A stretch of 64,000 nucleotides of DNA from Macrostomum lignano (Eukaryota). The notes under the pieces were generated by a model. The model did no database searches. It saw only the letters and a list, made by a program, of their open reading frames with translations, and had not been told where the DNA came from. Position numbers and translations under genes: made by a program. Below are positions 53,326 through 64,000 of this stretch, piece after piece (the first letter of the stretch is position 1; each line of letters opens with the position of its first letter). The stretch lies in contig NIVC01000553.1 in the NCBI GenBank assembly GCA_002269645.1, positions 543,428 through 607,427 of the forward strand, in the 5' to 3' direction.

Positions 53326-55261
53326 TAACGAACCAAGCAAAAAATCAATCAATCAATTATCAATCATTCGGCAAGAAACGTGTTAATCTGTCAAAAACAT
53401 ACTTGGAAAATCAATTCCATTGAAATTGAGCAAACTGAGGAACTTCGGGAACACTCGAGGTCTCTGTAAAATTTTCTCAAAATCTTCACGTGTTGCAGCA
53501 AAAAGCAAGAAATATTATCAGCAAGCTTCAATCTTCTGAATCAAGGCAAAAAACGCTGGTCCAGTTTGCAGAATCTCAGCTTCTGCATCTGGGACACTCA
53601 AAATGCTATTTGACGGCTCCAATCTGACATTGTATCCGCCTACAGCTTAAGGCGTGAATTATTAACTTGATGCTGCGATGCCCTCTCTGACTGTGCATTG
53701 CTGATTTTCTTGGTGGCAGCTGGGGGCGGTGGCAAACACCCTCCCGGATCCCAGGGGATCACAGTGCAAGTCTCTGCCGCCCCAAGAGCTGAGATTTAGC
53801 CCCAACGCTAACTGCTCACCCTCTGCACAGCCCAGAAACTGCATTTTATGCCAACAATAAGCCTGCAGCCACTTCGGGCACAAATTAATTTCAATACCAA
53901 TCGAACCGCTTCTCGAACGTGGGATTCCTTTTTTAGAAAGTTATATACTCTCCTTTACTTCTATGCTATAAAATACCGCCAAGGTTTATTTCCATTTTAT
54001 TGCTTCTCCAGCAAGATTGCGGAGGCTGGGATCCAAGTGCATGCATGGGGATCAGCGAAGATCTGTAAAGGAGAGGCTTCTCCACTCACTCCATACCCGG
54101 GGAGCGAAGAAGTTTTTCTTTACTATTTCTGCAATTCCGTATGCGCGCCACTGATTGCCTCGGCTTAGTAAGAGAGAGGGAGATGAGAGATGAAGAAGAG
54201 CCGTCCCTGAGGCGTTTGGATTAAACACAACATCTTTTTGTAAAAGGCTCTCTACTGCTGCTGGTGGCAAAATCCACAGGGGATGTTCGAATTTTAACTT
54301 AATGGGTTGAATCTGTTTCAGTCTTATATAGGATAATCTGAAAAATAGAGTTTTTAGTTTTTCGTCCCAGCGATTCAAATCCATCTTTCTTAGGCAGATT
54401 AAAGACTTCTGTCCGTCAGCTGACGTTCTTTGGCCCCTTTTCAAAGGGTGCGTTGCCTTCTAAAGGGTAAGCAGAAAAAGAATTGCAGCCAGAAACACGA
54501 ATTCTTAAAGTGCACCTTGACAGAGAAAACTTCGCCAAAAAGCATTTTCGAATTTTCCGTTTTTAAACACTTAATTGTTGAATACTAAGTACTGTGACTC
54601 TGGATGTACATTCTAGCCTACATGGTCGGTTTGTAATTATGGAATAGGGTGGATTGTTTTAATGTACATATGGAGTGAGATGGGTTGTTTTAATGTACAT
54701 ATAGAGTAAGATGGGTTGTTTTAATGTACATATGGAGTGAGGTGGGTGGCTACCTGTATTGCGTGCTTCTTCAATTAGAGAAGCTGATTAGTTGATATAG
54801 CTTTTTGCAGCCCGTTTGGGCCTACATGCATTGTAACACGATATAAATGCGTAAAAGCGTGCATTGAACGTTAAAAGCATGCTTAAATGGCTCGTGATCG
54901 CGTATTGGCTGGATTCATTTAATGCACGAGAAATATATATCGTGTTACAATGACATTTAACGCCCGATTGTCTATTTCAAACTTACTCTAATGCAAATTA
55001 GCGGGCAGTTAATATCATTAACTGCCCGCTAATTTTGTCCCACTTTGTCAAGGACACAAATGTCTATGGCACAATAATAGTAATTTAAACTACTTTAAAG
55101 CTCACTTTCAGGGAGGTTATTGACATAGATTTTATTTTGCGGGATTTAATCGATCACTTTCCCGGACATATTGCAAGAATTATTGTATGTATCTAAATAA
55201 GCGAGCTTCTCTCTTCTCTTCCTTCGTGACTCGAGAAATTTCTTAATGAATTTGTTTGAAT

Positions 55262-55465
55262 CTCAGCTTGGCTCTGCTCGTGCAATTAACTCCCTTGAGG
55301 CCCAACCCCCAAGGCACAGTGAAGAAGTGTACATGACTAACGATAAATAAAGTTAGGGCCGCTGTACACTCCTGTGTGAGTGTGTGCCTGCGCGTATGAC
55401 TGCGTACGTATCCGCGCGCTTGTGTGGAATGGGCAGTAATGCCTCTCGTCGGTTGTGTGACAATG
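55262..55465 (+). repeat. ~200-bp dispersed repeat, copy 1 (copy 2 at 58479-58663); probably a small non-autonomous element
   Basis: Shared CTCAGCTT.GCTCTGCTCGTGCAATTAAC...GTTAGGGCCGCTGTACACTCCTGTGTGAGTGTGTGCCTG...GGAATGGGCAGTA.TGCCTCTCG in direct orientation. Confidence 0.8.
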
Positions 55466-55942
55466 TCGCTTAAAGTGAGCCATGGAGCACACAGCCTCTG
55501 CCTCTAAAAAGGTCAAAACTTCGCTTCGATCCCAAGCCCATGGCGTTTGTTCGACAGTCCAGCATATGGTCCACGATTCTGGGACTGATGTGAAACTGTA
55601 GAGCCGCTATGGGCCAAATTGATGCTTGTTGGACCAGACTAAATGCCGCTGTGCCAAACTTGCTACCATAGACAAAAGCTCCGTTGCTTTGACAAACATC
55701 TTGGATTAATTCAGTGTGTGCTTGCAAAAATGGGCTGCAAAAATGCTATAAGAAAAAATGTCCTCCTATGAATTGCATGAATTCCCAAAGACGCCTAATT
55801 ATTTGCCCTCTGTTCCATCATTACTTTCCCCAGTCCCTAATTATCACTCAGGAAGAAGTCCTTTTTCGACGGCTTCTGAAATCCGTGGGCAGCAGAGCGG
55901 GCAGCAAGAAATTTGGCAATTCCTCACATTTTGACATTTCAG

Positions 55943-56054
55943 TCGTGGTTTTGTGCGCCGATCCGGACACTGTGCGGGACATCATGATCCGCGCGGAGGA
56001 GCTGGGCTTCATCAATGGGGAGTATGTCTTCTTTAATATCGACCTGTTCAGCAG
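55943..56054 (+). CDS. Receptor guanylyl cyclase constant exon K1 (ectodomain)
   Basis: Acceptor ATTTCAG|TC, phase 1. xVVLCADPDTVRDIMIRAEELGFINGEYVFFNIDLF is typical of NPR ectodomains. Donor AG|GTGAGT, phase 2. Confidence 0.92.
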
Positions 56055-56069
56055 GTGAGTGCCTCCCAC

Positions 56070-56458
<389 letters not shown>

Positions 56459-56468
56459 CCTCTCGCAG

Positions 56469-57031
56469 CGAGAAGCTGACAGTCCGGCCCTGGCGCCGTG
56501 TCAACGACACCGCCGAGCGCAACAGCAAGGCCTTCCGCGCCTACCGCTCGCTGATGACCATCACGCTGCGAAAGCCCAACAGCCCGGAGTACCGCAACTT
56601 CAGCCGCCAGGTGAAGGAGCTGGCCTACCATAAGTACAACTTCACCTATCCCGAGGAGGAAGTGAACAGCTTCGTCGGCGCTTTTCACGACGCCGTTCTG
56701 CTGTACGCCCTGGCCATCAACGACACCCTGCGGGAGCACGGCAGCGAAGGAATCCGCAACGGCTCGCTGGTGACGGAGAAGATGAAGAGTCGCAGCTTCG
56801 AGGGCATCACTGGCACTGTGAGCATCAACAAGAATGGCGACAGGAACGCCGACTACTCGCTGCTGGACATGGACAAGGACACTGGCGAGTTCGCAGTCGT
56901 GGCGCACTACAACGGCAACAAGAAGGTGTACGAGCTGGTCAAGGATCGCCAGATAGACTGGAATAACGAGGAGAATCTGCCGCCCAAGGATATTCCCACC
57001 TGCGGATTCGATTATTCTCTGTGCAAGAAGG
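56469..57031 (+). CDS. Constant exon K2 (ectodomain C-terminal part)
   Basis: PW..ND..AF.AY.SL, VNSFVGAFHDAVLLYALA, SFEGITGTVSINKNGDRNADYSL, IDW..PPKDIPTCGFD. Donor AAGG|GTTAGT, phase 1. Confidence 0.96.
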
Positions 57032-57061
57032 GTTAGTTTTATGGTGCCGTTTGGAGCTTAG

Positions 57062-57400
57062 ATCCGGCGGATCGGATGTACACTGGGAGTGAGGGGGATC
57101 GGATGTACACTGGGAGTGAGGGGATCGGATGTACACTGGGAGTGAGGGGGGATCTCGGATGTACATTGGGAGTGAAGGGGATTGGATGTACACTGGGAGT
57201 GAGGGGGATTGGATGTACACTGGGAGTGAGGGGATCGGATGTACACTTGGAGTGAGGAGGATTGGATGTACACTGGGAGTGAGGGGGTTGGATGTACATT
57301 GGGAGTGAGGGGGGATTGGATGTACATTAAAGAAGTGAATAGGATCGGATGTACATTGGTAGTGAGGGGGATCGATTGTACGTTAAGAGTGAGGGCGAAC
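57062..57400 (+). repeat. ~32-bp minisatellite (GGATCGGATGTACACTGGGAGTGAGGG-like)
   Basis: Tandem array degenerating rightwards. Confidence 0.9.
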
Positions 57401-57604
57401 TGAATGCCACTGAAAGTAAGGTCAGAGAGAATGTACATTGGAATTGGTAGCGAGTTGAATGTACATTGCGAGTGGGGGTTGATGACGGAAGTACATCGGT
57501 AAGAATAAACTGTTAGAGTACAACTTCGCGCATCAATCAAACTCCGCGGTGAATTTGTGGTTTTCAGCCAACCAGTCCAAGCCATAAACTCACGCACCTT
57601 GCAG

Positions 57605-58401
57605 ACCTGACCCAGATGGCTCTGTACGCCGTGGTTGTCCTGCTAGTCCTGATCTGCTTCCTCACCATCCTGATCTTCGTCATCTACCGCAAGCTGCGTC
57701 TGGAGAGCGAACTGCACGGCATGAACTGGCGTATCGCCTGGGAGGAGCTCGAGCCCACCGAGAGGGTGGCAGCCCGCAGGCGGAGCCTGGCTCAGCCACA
57801 GCCACCGCCGCCGCAAAAGCAGACGACTAATAAGAAGAAGCGGGCTCGCCTAAATCAGAAGAAGCAGCAGCAGCAGCAGCCGCACTGGTTCTTCGCCAAC
57901 CATCACGGGACGAAGCGATCCAATCGAGGAGATCCGGACGAGGCCGCAGCTGAAACTCTGCCGCTCCGGCCGTCGGGCGGAGGCGCCAATGACAGCGGCG
58001 GCGGTGACATCGGAGCCGGAGACTCGCAGAGCGTCGTCCAAATGGACTCGGCCAGCATGGAGTCCGTGGAGACGATCGCGGGAGTGCCGCTCAGCCAGAT
58101 CCCCACGGCGCAGCTGTTCGCCAAGACCGCCTACTACAAGGGCACTCTGGTGGCGCTCAAGCAGCTGAATTTGCGCAACAAACGCATTGAGGTCACCAAC
58201 CGCCTGCTGATGGAGGTGAAGCGAGTCAAGGACCTCGCTTCCGACAATGTCGTCCGCTTCATCGGCGCCTGCTTGGACCCGCCGAACGAGTGCCTGGTGA
58301 CCGAGTACTGTCCGAAAGGCTCTCTGCAGGACATCCTGGAGAATGACAATCTTAACCTGGACTGGATGTTCAAGTTGTCGCTGATGGCCGACATTTGCCG
58401 G
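57605..58401 (+). CDS. Constant exon K3 (TM helix, juxtamembrane region, start of kinase-homology domain)
   Basis: ALYAVVVLLVLICFLTILIFVIY TM helix, RKLRLESELHGMNWRIAWEE, TAYYKGTLVALK, VVRFIGAC, EYCPKGSLQDIL, LDWMFK. Phase 1 in, phase 0 out (CGG|GTAGGG). Confidence 0.96.
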
Positions 58402-58827
58402 GTAGGGGCAATTTCATGTGCCAGCGGCCCAGGCTCGATTCCAAGTGCAGTCACATTAATTTGGGGCTAAATTCGAAGCTCAGCTTAGCTCTGCTCGTGC
58501 AATTAACGCCCTTGAAGTGTACATGCCTAACGATAAATACAGTTAGGGCCGCTGTACACTCCTGTGTGAGTGTGTGCCTGTGCGTGTGTCTGCGCGCTTG
58601 TGTGCCTGCTCACAGGAGTAGGCGGAATGGGCAGTAGTGCCTCTCGCCGGTTGTGTGATAATGCCCACAGCGCCCCTGCCTCTAACTAAATAAAACTAAA
58701 AGGGCTTTCATAAGCTCCAAAACCTCACATTGTTTGGCGCGATGTCAAGGATAGAAGGATAGAGTTGTCCTATGTGTTACTAGCTAACAATGGATCAATA
58801 AGACATCATGTTTCACCCACTAATCAG

Positions 58828-58999
58828 GGAATGATCTACCTGCACCACTCGTTCGGCTCGCATGGCAATCTGAAGTCGTCAAACTGCATGGTGGACTCGC
58901 GGTTCAGCTTGAAGATCGCGGACTTCGGTCTTCAGTCGCTGAGGTCAAACAAGCTGGAGTACAGGGACAAAGAGGACGGGGATTACTCAACATATCGCA
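58828..58999 (+). CDS. Constant exon K4 (kinase-homology domain)
   Basis: [31 protein letters not shown] (pseudokinase HGN). Donor CGCA|GTGAGT, phase 1. Confidence 0.95.
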
Positions 59000-59061
59000 G
59001 TGAGTCTTTGTTACTGATTTTATAGTCTTCCAGAGCTTCTAGATTTGCAGAGTTTCAGAGA

Positions 59062-59375
59062 CTCACTCATAAACTCATGGACTCACTCATAAACTCATGG
59101 AGTCACTCATACAAGTAAACTCATGGACTCACTCATAAACTCATGGAGTCACTCATAAACTCATGGACTCACTCATAAACTCATGGAGTCACTCATACAA
59201 GTAAACTCATGGACTCACTCATAAACTCATGGAGTCACTCATAAACTCATGGACTCACTCATAAACTCATGGAGTCACTCATACAAGTAAACTCATGGAC
59301 TCACTCATAAACTCATGGACTCACTCATAAACTCATGGACTCACTCATAAACTCATGGACTCATAAAATCATGAG
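59062..59375 (+). repeat. ~22-bp minisatellite (ACTCACTCATAAACTCATGG.)n
   Basis: Tandem array. Confidence 0.92.
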
Positions 59376-59664
59376 CTCATAGACTCAATTGTACAGCAAG
59401 TATGTCAGTCAGAGTTTTGAGCTTCAAGTGGTTGCTTTGTGCTACGAGTTAATGTAGTATTAAAATGCACTTTCAACGGTTGGATTTCGGAGCGACTAAC
59501 TTGAGGCTTTTCTTTGATTTTCGGTCCTCAATCCAGAAACAAAGAATGAATCTAAGGGTGAATCTAAGGGTGAATTTTTAGGGTAAATCTTAGAGTGAAT
59601 CTAAAGGTGAATCTAAGGGTGAATCTAAGAGTGAATCCTAAAGTAAATCTTAGAGTGAATCCCT

Positions 59665-60346
59665 GAGGCGCGTCGCCACTGGGGGGACAGGGGGACATGT
59701 CTGCCCAGTAAAAGCTATGGGGGGGACATGCCAGTGATTTGTCCCCCCCAGCCCACCTTGTGACTGGTTGTTTCAACCAATCCTTTTTCGTCAAGGTGCT
59801 AAAATGAGTGCCTGTGGCGCCGAAAGGAATGCCTGTGGCGCCAAAATGAGTGCCTGCGGTGCCAAAATGAGTACCTGCGGTGCCAAAATGAGTGCCTGCG
59901 GCGCCGAAATGAGTGCCTGTGGCGCCAAAATGAGTACCTGCGGTGCCAAAATGAGTGCCTGCGGCGCCAAAATGAGTACCTGCGGCGCTAAAATGAGTGC
60001 CTAAGGCGCCAAAATGAGTGCCTGTGGCGCTAAAATGAATGCCTGTGGCGCTAAAATGAATGTCTGTGGCGCTAAAATTAGTGCCTGTAGTGCTAAAATG
60101 AGTTGCTGGGACGCCAAAACGAGTGCCTGCGGCGCCAAAATGAGTGCCTGCGGCGCTAAAATGAGTGCCTGTGGCGCTAAAATGAATGTCTGTGGCGCTA
60201 AAATTAGTGCCTGTAGTGCTAAAATGAGTTGCTGACAACACCGATTCTCAAAATAATTAACATATGGGAATTTAGTCATATGCATGTACATGTTGAATTC
60301 TTGGCTTTGTCCCCCCCCCACCATAAAATCCATGGCGACGCCCCTG
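59665..60346 (-). mobile_element. hAT-like MITE with internal 21-bp minisatellite, copy 1, inserted in a GAATCTAAGGGT array
   Basis: Ends GAGGCGCGTCGCCA / TGGCGACGCCCCTG. It is the reverse complement of the 62817-63869 element. TSD is ambiguous (CCCTGAGG occurs at both ends). Confidence 0.75.
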
Positions 60347-61419
60347 AGGGAATCTAAGGGTGAATCTCACAAACTAAGGGTGAATATACGGATGAATCTA
60401 AAGCCGAATCTCAGAGTGAATCTCAGGTTAAATCTTGTTTGAATGACTCTCAATTTGGTGGGAATCTTAGGTGTAAATTAGGGCGAACCCCAGGGCGGAC
60501 TTGCGGACCAGCTCATTGTCGCGCAGATCGCTAATTAACCAAAGTTAAACTAAGACTGTTTAGCAGCAATTAAAAATCGCCTCAGCAATCGAGTCCTTGA
60601 AGTGTAAATCGCTGGCTCAGCGCAAGAAACAATTTCTTCTTTAGCAGACTGTTTGATGTGGCGGGGACAAACACCAACTTGTGAGCTGGAACACCGACAT
60701 GGGAGAGCAGCCCAAAGCCACACAGAGAAAGGGAGACTGGACCGCAGTAACGGGAAAGGGACCCGCAAGGAAAACTTCCTGTCCTAGTTGGCTCCGTCTT
60801 CCTCAATCTCCGCTATTCAGGTCCCAACCCCCGGCGTGTTCAATCAGCCGCAAAGGCAGCCAACAGTGGGGATTTTTCTGCTGCCGAAATGGGGGAGGGG
60901 TGGTTTGGGATGAAAAGGGAAAGCTGCCACCCAGTCAGCCAAAACCCGGCTGCAGTGTGTAGTAGGGAATCTCATCTAGGTATAAGTTCCCAAAAATCGA
61001 TATAGCAAGGTCCGGATGGATGGATGCAGGTCTGGTTGCGGTGAGGAATGAGGGGCGGATCTCTGACATGCGGAGTGAGTGAAAGAGCAAAACTCAGCGT
61101 CAATACACTTTTCCCAATGCTGATGCGTGGTCTGAGACAGCCGGCTCAATCTCATCGTTCCCTGTCTTTTTACATTTATTCTCCGGCGAAGTCCGGCCGC
61201 GTGAGTTCGGGATACTTCTGCTCCGGTGGCAGGGGGGGGGAGAATCCAGTAGGATCTATTCGAGCAAAAAATGAATGCCATAAAAAGAAACATAAGTAAA
61301 TGGCCTTCTCTGTCTTCTTCTTTTAATCGTTTGGGACAGCAGACGTGCTCTCCTTCCCAGCCGAGAGGTCGTGTGTATTAAAATAGCCTTGGATTTTTTT
61401 AATGATTTTTCCCAAACTG

Positions 61420-61950
61420 CACTCGCAGCACCCGCCACCCAAAAACACCCTCCGAACCAAAACACCCACCACTTCAAAACACCCACCACACCAAAACACC
61501 CACTACTTCAAAACACCCACCACCCCAAAACACCCACCACCCCAAAACACCCACCACCCCAAAACACCCACCACCCCAAAACACCCACCACCCCAAAACA
61601 CCCACCACCCCAAAACACCCACCACACCAAAACACCCACTACTTCAAAACACCCACTACTCCAAAACACCCACCACCCCAAAACACCCACCACCCCAAAA
61701 CACCCACCACCCCAAAACACCCACCACCCCAAAACACCCACCACTCCAAAACACCCACCACACCAAAACACCCACTACTCCAAAACACCCACTACTCCAA
61801 AACACCCACCACCCCAAAACACCCACCACCCCAAAACACCCACCACCCCAAAACACCCACCACCATAAAACACCCACCACCCCAAAACACCCACCACCCC
61901 AAAACAACCACCACCCCAAAACAACCACCACCCCAAACACCCACCACCCG
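61420..61950 (+). repeat. ~18-bp C/A-rich minisatellite (CCACCACCCCAAAACAC-like)
   Basis: Tandem array. Confidence 0.93.
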
Positions 61951-61955
61951 AAACG

Positions 61956-61990
61956 CCTAACCCTAACCCTAACCCTAACCCTAACCCTAA
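61956..61990 (+). repeat. Perfect interstitial telomeric repeat CCTAA(CCCTAA)5
   Basis: Ends 8 nt before the K5 exon start. Confidence 0.95.
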
Positions 61991-61998
61991 CTTCACAG

Positions 61999-62157
61999 AC
62001 AAGCTGTGGACAGCCCCGGAGCTGCTCAGACTGCCGAATCCGCCATTCGAAGGCACCAAGGAGGGCGACGTCTACAGCTTCGCCATCATCTGTCAGGAGG
62101 TGATCTATCGGAAAGGCGTGTTCTTTCTGAGCGACTCAGACTTTATCGAGCCGCAGG
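61999..62157 (+). CDS. Constant exon K5 (kinase-homology domain)
   Basis: KLWTAPELLR..GTKEGDVYSFAIICQEVIYRKGVF. Phase 1 in, phase 1 out (CAGG|GTGAGT). Confidence 0.95.
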
Positions 62158-62305
62158 GTGAGTAGCGTACACTAAAAACCATGCCACCAAGATTCCCGAA
62201 AAACTCTACCATTTAAAATCGAACGCTATCAATTATTTAAAATCCAAATGGATTAGTTTTTCCAGGAGAAAAGAGAACATTACACAACTAGAACCCCCTC
62301 TACAG

Positions 62306-62766
62306 ACATCGTGGAGCGAGTCCGCACGCCTCAGAACCCGCCATTCCGACCAGCCCTGGTCGAGGAGATGTCCGACCTGGAACCCGACAGGACCGCCGCG
62401 CTCACCGCCATGGTGGAGCTCTGCTGGCACGAGGATCCCGGAGCCCGGCCAACATTCAACGCGGCGAAGAGTAGAATCAGCCGATTCAACAAGACAGCAG
62501 AGTCAGGCAACATCCTGGACAATCTGCTCAAACGTATGGAGCAGTACTCCAACAATCTGGAAAGTTTGGTGGCTAAAAGAACTGATCAATACCAGGTGGA
62601 GAAGAAGAAGGCCGAGGACCTGCTGTACTGCATGCTGCCAAAGGCTGTGGCGACAACTCTGATGCGAGGCGAAGCTGTCACGGCTGAATGGTTCGACTCA
62701 GTCAGCATCTACTTCTCGGACATCTGCGGCTTCACGGCGCTGTCCAGCGAGAGCACCCCGCTGCAG
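62306..62766 (+). CDS. Constant exon K6 (end of KHD, coiled-coil hinge, start of cyclase domain)
   Basis: PPFRP, CWHEDP..RP.F, NILDNLLKRMEQYSNNLESLVAKRT, EKKKAEDLLYCMLPK.VA, VSIYFSDICGFTALSSESTPLQ. Donor CAG|GTAATG. Confidence 0.97.
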
Positions 62767-62816
62767 GTAATGATTGGCAGTTGGAGTACAGCATGATGGA
62801 AGCTCAAAGTCCCAAC

Positions 62817-63869
62817 CAGGGGCGTAGCCATTGATTTTATGGTAGGGGGGGGGGGTACAAAGCCAGGAATTCCACATGTACATGACTAAATTCCTACATG
62901 TACATTATTTTCAAAATCGGTGATGTCACCGATTTTTAGCGCTGCAGGCTTTTTTAGCGCTGCAGGCACTCATTTTAAATCCACAGACAATCATTTTGGC
63001 GCCGCAGGCATTCATTTTAGCGCCGCAGGCATTCATTTTAGCGCCGCAGGCATTCATTTTAGCGCTGCAGGCACTCATTTTAAATCCACAGACACTCATT
63101 TTAGCGCCGCAGGCACTCATTTTAGCACCGCAGGCACTCATTTTTAGCACCGCAGGCATTCATTTTAGCGCTGCAGGCACTCATTTTAAATCCACAGACA
63201 CTCATTTTGGCGCCGCAGGCATTCATTTTAGCGCCGCAGGCATTCATTTTAGCGCCGCAGGCATTCATTTTAGCGCCGCAGGCACTCATTTTAGCACCGC
63301 AGGCACTCATTTTAGCACCGCAGGCATTCATTTTAGCGCCGCAGGCACTCATTTTAGCACCGCAGGCACTCATTTTAGCACCGCAGGCATTCATTTTAGC
63401 GCTGCAGGCACTCATTTTAAATCCACAGACACTCATTTTGGCGCCGCAGGCATTCATTTTAGCGCCGCAGGCATTCATTTTAGCGCCGCAGGCATTCATT
63501 TTAGCGCCGCAGGCACTCATTTTAGCACCGCAGGCACTCATTTTAGCACCGCAGGCACTCATTTTAGCGCCGCAGGCATTCATTTTAGCGCCGCAGGCAC
63601 TCATTTTAGCACCGCAGGCACTCATTTTAGCACCGCAGGCATTCATTTTAGCGCCGCAGGCACTCATTTTAGCACCGCAGGCATTCATTTTAGCGCCGTA
63701 GGCACTCATTTTTGCGCCGCAGGCACTGAAGCAAAATTATTGATTTCCATAACGGGTAACAGGGTTAGGTGGGGTGTGGAGGGACAAAGCATTGGCATGT
63801 CCCCCCCCCACAGCTTTTACTGGGAGGACATGTTCCCCTTGTCCCCCCCCCCCGGTGGCGACGTCCCTG
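62817..63869 (+). mobile_element. hAT-like MITE with internal 21-bp minisatellite, copy 2
   Basis: Imperfect 14-bp TIRs CAGGGGCGTAGCCA / TGGCGACGTCCCTG. 8-bp TSD GTCCCAAC / GTCCCAAT (7/8). Internal (CACTCATTTTAGCGCCGCAGG)n. Confidence 0.82.
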
Positions 63870-63907
63870 GTCCCAATAGTTCCGCAAAGCACCCCTCAAA
63901 TCCGCAG

Positions 63908-64000
63908 GTGGTGACTCTGCTCAACGACCTATACACCCTGTTCGACCGCATCATCGAGCAGTACAGCTGCTACAAGGTGGAGACCATCGGGGACGCCTAC
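63908..64000 (+). CDS. Constant exon K7 (guanylyl cyclase catalytic domain), truncated by the window end
   Basis: Acceptor CCGCAG|[34 protein letters not shown]. Confidence 0.97.
   Translation, partial: MVTLLNDLYTLFDRIIEQYSCYKVETIGDAY

Noticed and set aside
53662-54444. Several 70-130 aa ORFs in the intron before K1, checked as a hidden additional cassette
   Set aside because: No signal peptide, no LLP / GP.C / ITAG motifs and no phase-1 donor pattern.
55714-55942. In-frame upstream extension of exon K1 (MCACKNG..KFGNSSHFDIS)
   Set aside because: No signal peptide or ANF-domain motifs, and a good acceptor TTTCAG precedes 55943.
59564-63709. ORFs MSACGAK.., APQAFIL.., THFSAAG.., KTPTTPKHP..
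   Set aside because: Translations of MITE-internal and C/A-rich minisatellites.

Overview
Eukaryotic, repeat-rich animal DNA: GC-rich spliced exons separated by introns filled with mini- and microsatellites. The style suggests a free-living flatworm such as Macrostomum, which is unverified. The window holds a two-exon Rab5 gene (3175-5333, with a 1-bp frameshift at 3298-3300) and then one large receptor guanylyl cyclase locus of the natriuretic-peptide-receptor type on the + strand, running off the right end. The main observation is the architecture of that locus. Four very divergent N-terminal cassettes lie in tandem: A 10554-21135, B 24220-25429, C 33877-35622 (plus a near-identical copy C' 43532-45277) and D 48377-52236. 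Each has its own ATG, signal peptide and N-terminal part of the ANF-receptor ligand-binding domain. Each has 3n+1 coding nt and ends in a phase-1 GT donor at the homologous position. All of them fit in frame onto one shared acceptor (55943) that begins the only set of constant exons (rest of ectodomain, TM, kinase-homology domain, cyclase). This resembles the variable/constant organisation of clustered protocadherins and UGT1A. Introns also carry a 5'-truncated Penelope-like element with tandem minimal hammerhead ribozymes, a CORE-like tRNA-derived SINE, a mariner relic, two hAT-like MITEs with internal minisatellites, an 8.5/9.6-kb tandem duplication, and complementary (AGAT)n/(ATCT)n tracts. 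All splice models are read from sequence alone and need transcript confirmation.
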